NCBI GenBank assembly: GCA_001791425.1
Contig: MGEP01000030.1
Coordinates: 1-24,384, forward strand
Length of the DNA stretch: 24,384 bases
Direction: 5' to 3'
Source of the DNA: Candidatus Uhrbacteria bacterium RIFCSPLOWO2_02_FULL_48_12
GTDB taxonomy: Bacteria; Patescibacteriota; Patescibacteriia; GWA2-46-9
Shown: one piece after another, positions 17,382 through 22,999 of the stretch
Layout of the letters: each line of letters opens with the position of its first letter
Numbering within the stretch: position 1 is the stretch's first letter
Notes under the pieces: generated by a model
The model's database searches: none
What the model saw: only the letters and a program-made list of their open reading frames with translations
What the model was told of the DNA's origin: nothing
Program-made: the position numbers and the translations under genes

Positions 17382-17663
17382 TTAAAAACGATATATAATT
17401 CTTCCTTTGGTTAGATCGTAAGGGGTCATTTGAACTTTAACTTTGTCGCCGGGCAAAAGACGAATGCGATGCATGCGCATGCGGCCCGATAAATGACCCA
17501 ATATTTCGTGTCCATTTTGGAGGCGTACCCGAAAAGTAGCCGCTGGTAAAAGTTCAACAATCTCCCCTTCTGCTTCAAGGAAATCTTTTGAGCTCCCTGT
17601 ATTGTTGGTTGTTCCATTAGCTGGAACATCAGAATCTTGCACTGTATGTATAGATAATCCCAT
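17382..17663 (-). CDS. infA: Translation initiation factor IF-1 (start uncertain, N-terminal extension)
   Basis: [61 protein letters not shown]. Confidence 0.95.
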   Translation of the reverse strand: MGLSIHTVQDSDVPANGTTNNTGSSKDFLEAEGEIVELLPAATFRVRLQNGHEILGHLSGRMRMHRIRLLPGDKVKVQMTPYDLTKGRIIYRF

Positions 17664-17694
17664 CTAAACGTTCCCAATCTCTAGGCGGTATAAA

Positions 17695-17757
17695 TTAGGA
17701 ACATAAAATAACGCCAACGGTGTTATCCGTGGTTACAAAATAGATTGGTTCTAACAT
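17695..17757 (-). CDS. Putative 20-aa leaderless leader peptide/uORF (MLEPIYFVTTDNTVGVILCS)
   Basis: ATG lies 6 nt after a TACAAT -10 box; open for 20 codons; TAA ends 31 nt before the infA ATG. No homology evidence. Confidence 0.35.
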   Translation of the reverse strand: MLEPIYFVTTDNTVGVILCS

Positions 17758-17763
17758 GGCCAT

Positions 17764-17792
17764 ATTGTAAACAATAGTTTAGTGCGTGTCAA
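17764..17792 (-). promoter_or_regulatory. Sigma70 promoter for the infA-alpha operon
   Basis: Minus strand TTGACA (17792-17787), 17 bp, TACAAT (17769-17764). Confidence 0.75.
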
Positions 17793-18462
17793 TAGCGTCA
17801 GCGCTAAATATGATTTGCTTAGATCGGAGCGGTAAAAACGGCCAAAAACGCGGGGAAATACTTATTTTAACATCATCCACGCCATCAATGGATTCAATAT
17901 CGGCCTGCAGTTGTTCCGGGCGGCGGCCGGCCTCTTGGCGCCACTTGTCATATAGCAGAGATGGCACGGCCGTTGCTTCCACGGTCGCTACTACTAGAGC
18001 GCCGGCTTCGTCAGCGTCAAGGATAACCCTTTGCAGTTTAATTTTTGGTTGGCTATCCGGCAGAATTTCCCATCCCTGACGCAGTACTTTAGCAATCTCC
18101 CGTTTGGCCAGTAAAACCAAATTTGTCTTTCGGTAAAGAAATATTTTCCTGTTAGCGTCTCCCTCAAGCGCCAGTCGGTCATCAGTAACCCAATCATGTT
18201 CAGCCAAATCACCGATCTTGAGATATTCATCTCTCGTGACCAGGCGAGCCGGCACACTCAAGAGTGTCGGCGATAATTTGGATAAATTTAAATCAAGGCG
18301 CACATTAATAATTATGGCCACGGGTTCGCTTTTGGTTTTAATGTTGACTGTGGCTGATGGTAAAAAAATTAAGGTTGTTAATAATAAAGCCAAAACCAAT
18401 TCCGCTAGAAAAAAAGCGATAACAAATTTTCCAGCGCCATTAAATTTTATGATTGATCTCAT
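17779..18462 (-). CDS. Membrane-anchored hypothetical protein (227 aa; start corrected to ATG 18462)
   Basis: MRSIIK... is followed by a hydrophobic TM segment (FVIAFFLAELVLALLLTTLIFL), then PSATVNIK, and C-terminal IDGVDDVKISISPRFWPFLP. The first 70 codons of the track ORF overlap alaS. Confidence 0.7.
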   Translation of the reverse strand: MRSIIKFNGAGKFVIAFFLAELVLALLLTTLIFLPSATVNIKTKSEPVAIIINVRLDLNLSKLSPTLLSVPARLVTRDEYLKIGDLAEHDWVTDDRLALEGDANRKIFLYRKTNLVLLAKREIAKVLRQGWEILPDSQPKIKLQRVILDADEAGALVVATVEATAVPSLLYDKWRQEAGRRPEQLQADIESIDGVDDVKISISPRFWPFLPLRSKQIIFSADAIDTH

Positions 18463-18466
18463 TAAC

Positions 18467-20314
18467 TTATGAAACCGTGGCCTTGAGGCGGCGAATACCG
18501 GCAGACACGGCCTCTTCTTTGACAATTTTAAGGCCGCCCACTTCGGCCGTATGGCTGACGTGTGGCCCGCCGCACACCTCTTTGCTGAAATCTCCCACTG
18601 AATACACTTTGACTTTTTCGCCGTAGCGGCTGGCGAACAGACCAATGGCGCCGGCCGCCTTGGCCTCATCATAAGACATCTCTTGCCAAGAGACGGCTAA
18701 ATCTCGCCGAATAGCATCATTAACTAAATCCTCAACCTTCTTTATTTCCTCGTTGGTTAATTTCGCGGGGTGTGAAAAATCAAAACGTAAACGTTCGGCC
18801 GTAATATTTGAACCCTTTTGCAGAACATGATTGCCCAAAACTTTGCGGAGAGCGGCCTGCAGTAAATGAGTGGCGGTGTGCAAACGGGTCGTTTCCCATG
18901 AATGATCGGCCAGCCCCCCTTTGAACTTTTTTTCCGTGCCGACTCGCGAGATGTCCTGATGCTTTTGAAATTCTTCCCAAAAACCCTTTTCATCAACCTC
19001 AATGCGGCGCTCTTTGGCCATTTCCACTGTCATCTCCAGAGGAAATCCATAGGTTGAAAAAAGCGTGAAAGCGTCTTCACCAGATAATCTTTCGGTCACA
19101 CGATCGCTTTGGGCCAGACGTTCAAATTCTTTAAGGCCGCGCGCCAAGGTTTTTATAAATTTTTCCTCTTCATCGCGCATGGCCGACACGATATCATGGT
19201 GATGATGCTGGAGTTCGGGGTATTCCGCGCCGTATTTACTGACCACTACGTCGGTTAGTTTAACGGTAAAATCTTTTATCATTCCCAATTTTTGTCCAAA
19301 ACGCACCGCGCGGCGGATTAACCGCCGCAAAACATATCCCCTCTCCACGTTAGACGGAGTTACCCGGTCGCCCAAAATAAATACGGCCGTGCGGATATGA
19401 TCAGCGACAATGCGCGCGGAACGCATATCGTAACTGCTGGAATTTTTCTGAATTGTTTCCATGATCGGCTGGAATAAATCAGTGGCAAAAATATCGTTTT
19501 TGTTTTGTAAAATCATAGCGGTGCGTTCCAGCCCCATGCCCGTATCCACGTTTTTTTGCTTCAAAGGATCATAAGCGCCGTCTGCTGTTTTATTGTATTC
19601 CATAAAAACGTCATTCCAAAATTCAATGAACCGTCCGCAGTCGCAATTGGGATGACAAAATTGTCCGTAACGTTCTTCGTCACCCTCGTGCAGGTGTCCG
19701 GCTGTTCCCACCCCGCCCGGCTTCATGTCGTAAAACATTTCTGTGTCCGGTCCGCACGGGCCGGTTTGCCCGGCCGGACCCCACCAATTTTTATCTTTGC
19801 CATAGGCGTAAATTCTAACGCCCTCTGTCCTATCGTTTATGTTCTCTGCTAGCCCAGCCGCTATATTCGCTTTTTTAAACTGTTCTTGCCAAATACGAAT
19901 TGATTCATCGTCGCGCGGCGCGTCATTATCACCTTCAAAAATCGTCACGTAAACGCGGGCTGGATCAAGGCCCAGCCATTTTTTGTCGGAAAAAAATTCA
20001 AAACTCCATTCAATTGCCTCTTTTTTAAAATAATCGCCAAGCGACCAATTGCCAAGCATTTCAAAAAATGTGTCATGGCGATTGTCCCCCACTTCGTCAA
20101 TATCCTGAACGCGCACGCATTTTTGGACATTGGCAAGACGCGTGCCGGCCGGATGTTTTTGTCCCAGTAAATACGGCACCAGTGGGTGCATGCCAGCCGT
20201 GGTGAAAAGCACGGTGGGGTCGTTTTCCGGCACCAGCGAAGCCGAAGCAATAATAGCGTGCCCTTTGGATTCAAAAAATTGCAAAAATTTTCTGCGAATT
20301 TCGTCAGCTTTCAT
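18467..20314 (-). CDS. alaS: Alanine--tRNA ligase, short form without C-Ala
   Basis: LVPENDPTVLFTTAGM, QKCVR, HDTFFEMLGNWSLGDYFK, GPCGPDTE, VDTGMGLER; editing motifs HTATH and CGGPH; ends GIRRLKATVS. Confidence 0.97.
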   Translation of the reverse strand: MKADEIRRKFLQFFESKGHAIIASASLVPENDPTVLFTTAGMHPLVPYLLGQKHPAGTRLANVQKCVRVQDIDEVGDNRHDTFFEMLGNWSLGDYFKKEAIEWSFEFFSDKKWLGLDPARVYVTIFEGDNDAPRDDESIRIWQEQFKKANIAAGLAENINDRTEGVRIYAYGKDKNWWGPAGQTGPCGPDTEMFYDMKPGGVGTAGHLHEGDEERYGQFCHPNCDCGRFIEFWNDVFMEYNKTADGAYDPLKQKNVDTGMGLERTAMILQNKNDIFATDLFQPIMETIQKNSSSYDMRSARIVADHIRTAVFILGDRVTPSNVERGYVLRRLIRRAVRFGQKLGMIKDFTVKLTDVVVSKYGAEYPELQHHHHDIVSAMRDEEEKFIKTLARGLKEFERLAQSDRVTERLSGEDAFTLFSTYGFPLEMTVEMAKERRIEVDEKGFWEEFQKHQDISRVGTEKKFKGGLADHSWETTRLHTATHLLQAALRKVLGNHVLQKGSNITAERLRFDFSHPAKLTNEEIKKVEDLVNDAIRRDLAVSWQEMSYDEAKAAGAIGLFASRYGEKVKVYSVGDFSKEVCGGPHVSHTAEVGGLKIVKEEAVSAGIRRLKATVS

Positions 20315-20323
20315 ATAATGGCT

Positions 20324-20352
20324 ATTTTACTCATAAACATCTTTGTTCGCAA
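20324..20352 (-). promoter_or_regulatory. Putative sigma70 promoter for alaS, near-leaderless
   Basis: Minus strand TTGCGA (20352-20347), 17 bp, TAAAAT (20329-20324); ATG is 9 nt downstream. Confidence 0.55.
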
Positions 20353-20433
20353 GTGTCGTGAAGCAAAACGAGCGCAAGGAAGAGCCCGTTTTTTAGAAAT
20401 ATGCCTCAGGTTGCTGGATCAGGGTTGAGTAAC

Positions 20434-21042
20434 CTAAGCGCGGCGCTTCCATTGGACAATTTTTCCGGCTTTAATTTCAATAGGATCAGCCCGGCGTAAT
20501 TTAGCAATTGAACTGGAATTCAAAATTTTTTTGTGCGGCACCGCGTCAAGATATTCCGAGATATACCAAAGATCGTCTTTGGAGGTAAGCCATCCCCGTT
20601 TCAAGAAACGAGTAAGATCAATCGGTTGCGAATATTCGCGCAAAGTCTTTTTGCCGTTATTCAAAAAATACTCATGAAAATAGGACATGACTAATTCTCT
20701 AATATTTTTATAGACTGGCTCACGGTATCGCAAAACAGCGTGATTTGTTTTACTGATTGCGCCCCAGTGATTGTCTTGGCGAAATAGAGCAACAACATGA
20801 TCATCGTCGCGCTTTACGGCCCGTAAATCAAGCAGTAACGGCCGTTCGCCGTGAATTAGCAAAGCCGCAGCCGCCATCATTGCGCCTTCCAGACAATGCG
20901 CTTTTTTCTCGCGTATGACCCGACGAGGCGAGAGGCACGTGTCAGCAAAATTTATTTTGATGGTTTCTAGGTAATCTTGGATTCTGGACGGAGAATTTAG
21001 AGCACGCAGTAATTTCATTTCCTGTCGGTCAAATCCAAACAT
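20434..21042 (-). CDS. Conserved hypothetical protein, transglutaminase/papain-like fold suspected
   Basis: AHCLEGA (candidate nucleophile Cys at a helix N-terminus) and DHVVALF (candidate His) spaced as in transglutaminase-like cores. Confidence 0.6.
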   Translation of the reverse strand: MFGFDRQEMKLLRALNSPSRIQDYLETIKINFADTCLSPRRVIREKKAHCLEGAMMAAAALLIHGERPLLLDLRAVKRDDDHVVALFRQDNHWGAISKTNHAVLRYREPVYKNIRELVMSYFHEYFLNNGKKTLREYSQPIDLTRFLKRGWLTSKDDLWYISEYLDAVPHKKILNSSSIAKLRRADPIEIKAGKIVQWKRRA

Positions 21043-21046
21043 ACCC

Positions 21047-22378
21047 CTACATGATTACTCCGCCGCCCACCACTCTTTCGCCCTCATAGAGCACGATGGA
21101 TTGCCCCGGGGTTACCGCTCTTTGCGGCCGATCAAATTTAAATAACCACGACATCCTTACATTCTCAAGTATGTTAGTATGTTTATTTAACTCATGACGG
21201 ATACCGATTACAGTAAGGGGCTCTGATTTTTGGCGATATCTGATTTTGGCCGTTAATCTATTACCCACTCGCGGCGCCTTGTTAACCCACGACACCTCAC
21301 TTGCTTCAACCATATCTTGGTAAAGCGCCGGGTCATCATTGCCTTCCGCCACTCTAACAATATTGTTGGCAATGTCTTTGCCGCATACATAATACGGCAA
21401 ACGCGAACTTAATTTTAAACCATGCCGCTGTCCAATAGTGTAAAACACCGCTCCTTCGTGCTCCCCTATTATTCGACCATCAGCCGTTATCACCGCGCCG
21501 ACGCGACTTTGCAGCCGCGTCCTCAAGAATTCAACAATAGGCACTTCTCCAATAAAACAAATGCCCTGACTGTCCGGCTTTTTGGCCGTTGGCAGATCAG
21601 CCTGACCTGCCATCTCTCGCACTTCTGTCTTTGTGTATTCGCCGATTGGAAACAAACAACGAGCAAGCTGTCTTTGGGTTAACGTCCACAAAAAATATGA
21701 CTGATCTTTGGCGCTGTCTTTGGCTTGCAAAAGCTCAAAAATATTTAAACTATTTAGACTGCCTGATCTGCTTACGGCTTCTGGTTTACGGCTTACGGCT
21801 CGCAGTCTAACATAATGACCTGTGGCCACAAAATCAGCGCCCTCATTGAGCGCCCGTTCCAAGAATAATTTAAACTTAATTTCTTTATTGCACTTTATAT
21901 CAGGATTTGGCGTCCGACCGGCCGCGTGTTCATTAAAAAAATATTCAATAACTCGATTACGGTAAGCGGACATAAAATCATACGTCAAAAAAGGAATTTT
22001 TAATTTCGCGGCCACGCGCATGGCGTCGCGGCGGTCTTCTCTCCAGCGGCACTGCTCGCGAAATTTAATGCCATTTTTTGTCGGTAAACCATCCCAGCTT
22101 TTAATAAACACGCCCACTACGTCGTATCCCTGTTTTTTCAGCAAATACGCGGCCACGCTTGAATCAACGCCCCCAGACAATCCTACGAAGACCTTTCGCC
22201 TGCCCCGTAGCGAACTGGTATGGGGTTTAAGAGGGGCATTTGATTGTTTATGTTTATTCCAAATTCTGGCCATATTCGTTTCGTTGACCGGACCCAAGGT
22301 GACCCCGCTGGTAGCATTTCCGCCGAAGGCGGATCCGCCTCTGGAGGAAAAAGTACCGGGAATGTCAGTTTTGTCCAT
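21047..22378 (-). CDS. mnmA: tRNA-specific 2-thiouridylase MnmA with several repeat-derived inserts (alternative start ATG 22273)
   Basis: VGLSGGVDSSVAA, RTPNPDIKCN, ATGHY, KDQSYFL, DSQGICF, YTIGQRHGL, RAVTPGQ. Confidence 0.96.
   Translation of the reverse strand: MDKTDIPGTFSSRGGSAFGGNATSGVTLGPVNETNMARIWNKHKQSNAPLKPHTSSLRGRRKVFVGLSGGVDSSVAAYLLKKQGYDVVGVFIKSWDGLPTKNGIKFREQCRWREDRRDAMRVAAKLKIPFLTYDFMSAYRNRVIEYFFNEHAAGRTPNPDIKCNKEIKFKLFLERALNEGADFVATGHYVRLRAVSRKPEAVSRSGSLNSLNIFELLQAKDSAKDQSYFLWTLTQRQLARCLFPIGEYTKTEVREMAGQADLPTAKKPDSQGICFIGEVPIVEFLRTRLQSRVGAVITADGRIIGEHEGAVFYTIGQRHGLKLSSRLPYYVCGKDIANNIVRVAEGNDDPALYQDMVEASEVSWVNKAPRVGNRLTAKIRYRQKSEPLTVIGIRHELNKHTNILENVRMSWLFKFDRPQRAVTPGQSIVLYEGERVVGGGVIM
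21150..21183. repeat. Diverged copy of the 34-bp AACATCC...GGATGTT palindrome, in frame inside mnmA
   Basis: gacatccttacattctcaagtatgttagtatgtt aligns without gaps to 22393-22426 with 25/34 identity; translated as HTNILENVRMS. Confidence 0.65.
21771..21798. repeat. Heptamer tandem repeat (consensus CTTACGG x4) inside mnmA
   Basis: cttacgg-cttctgg-tttacgg-cttacgg; encodes part of RAVSRKPEAVSR. Confidence 0.65.
22202..22226. repeat. Short palindrome in the mnmA N-terminal extension
   Basis: gCCCCGTA-gcgaactgg-TATGGGGt; shares the 13-mer CCCGTAGCGAACT with 22838-22850. Confidence 0.5.
22319..22348. repeat. Tandem pair of 15-bp palindromes TCCGCC-NNN-GG(C/A)GGA
   Basis: tccgccgaaggcgga followed by tccgcctctggagga; 2 x 5 codons, read as SSRGGSAFGG in mnmA. 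Confidence 0.7.
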
Positions 22379-22392
22379 TTTATTTGTACATT

Positions 22393-22429
22393 AACATCCC
22401 TACAAACTCCAGTTTATAAGGATGTTATT
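22393..22429. repeat. 37-bp palindromic direct repeat, copy 1 (between the HTH gene stop and mnmA)
   Basis: aacatccctacaaactccagtttataaggatgttatt; 36/37 identical to 22728-22764. Confidence 0.9.
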
Positions 22430-22712
22430 ACGTCTTTTGAAAATCTTGCAAGAAGCGGACGAAAGTTTTGCCGTACGGCGATAGTGTATGTTCCACAAAC
22501 TTGCCGCGATATTTTTTATTCACCAATCCAGCCACGTACAAGCGCCTAGTATGCTCGCCAATAGTCTTTTCGTTGGCATCCAGGGCTTTAACTACCCCCT
22601 CCAAAGTTATGCCGTCGCTGGCCGCGATCAGGAGCAATATTTCAATGCGGTAATGGTTCGCCATCCCCTTCAAATGCCGCTCCATTTGTTTTGCTGTTTT
22701 CATCTTCGCCAT
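22428..22712 (-). CDS. Small winged-HTH (ArsR/SmtB-like) transcription factor, 94 aa from ATG 22712
   Basis: LKGMANHYRIEILLLI..GITLEGVVKAL..NEKTIGEHTRRLYVAGLVNKKYRG matches the ArsR pattern (fkALadptRl.Il..L...HL..L..aGLV...r.G). No Cys residues. Confidence 0.8.
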   Translation of the reverse strand: MAKMKTAKQMERHLKGMANHYRIEILLLIAASDGITLEGVVKALDANEKTIGEHTRRLYVAGLVNKKYRGKFVEHTLSPYGKTFVRFLQDFQKT

Positions 22713-22718
22713 AGTTTC

Positions 22719-22724
22719 ATTATA
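22719..22724 (-). promoter_or_regulatory. -10 box (TATAAT) for the HTH gene, leaderless; -35 region covered by the palindrome
   Basis: Minus strand TATAAT-gaaact-ATG(22712); no -35 match at 17-bp spacing. Confidence 0.5.
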
Positions 22725-22727
22725 CAC

Positions 22728-22764
22728 AACATCCCTATAAACTCCAGTTTATAAGGATGTTATT
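22728..22764. repeat. 37-bp palindromic direct repeat, copy 2 (upstream of the HTH gene)
   Basis: aacatccctataaac-tcca-gtttataaggatgtt(att): 15-bp arms with one mismatch; contains the stop codon of the 78-aa ORF. Confidence 0.9.
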
Positions 22765-22996
22765 TTTGGGGCTGGTGATGCTCTAATAATTGTTCGGCCG
22801 GGGAGATGCCGCCGAGAACCTTGTGCGGAAAGCATGTCCCGTAGCGAACTTGTTCTGCTACTGGGGTAATTCCAAAATCGGTTTCTTTGAGCATGTCCAT
22901 GAGTTCCTGCTCAATCTCTTTCCGCCGTTCAAGAATTTGTCTGCCCCGTTGCAACGCGGAGCGTTTGCTTCGGGGTTGTTTTGATTCGATTTCCAT
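22760..22996 (-). CDS. Small hypothetical protein (78 aa), possibly an internally disrupted gene
   Basis: ATG lies 3 nt after the Res stop; helical N-terminus; central palindromic segment GITPVAEQVRYG; C-terminal FPHKVLGGISPAEQLL. Confidence 0.6.
   Translation of the reverse strand: MEIESKQPRSKRSALQRGRQILERRKEIEQELMDMLKETDFGITPVAEQVRYGTCFPHKVLGGISPAEQLLEHHQPQK
22838..22865. repeat. Imperfect palindrome inside the 78-aa ORF
   Basis: CCC-GTAGC-GAA cttg TTC-t-GCTAC-t-GGG; 13-mer identical to 22204-22216. Confidence 0.5.
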
Positions 22997-22999
22997 AAA

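Noticed and set aside
18463-18672. First 70 codons of the 297-aa ORF
   Set aside because: They overlap the conserved alaS 3' end; ATG 18462 just after the alaS stop precedes the TM segment.
20315-20433. T-box riboswitch upstream of alaS
   Set aside because: The intergenic region is only 119 bp, has no UGGNACC T-box, and the promoter lies directly before the ATG.
22428-22712. HTH protein as a persulfide/metal-sensing ArsR (SqrR/BigR-like) controlling tRNA thiolation
   Set aside because: The protein has no Cys and no recognisable alpha3/alpha5 metal site, so no specific sensing function can be supported.
22393-22764. Two 37-bp palindromic repeats as a CRISPR array
   Set aside because: Only two copies, the 298-bp interval holds an intact gene and not a 30-40-bp spacer, and there are no cas genes in the window.
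22393-22764. Classical integron attC sites
   Set aside because: 34-37 bp is below the usual attC minimum (about 57 bp), the ends do not fit RYYYAAC/GTTRRRY, and no integrase is visible. Kept only as an analogy.
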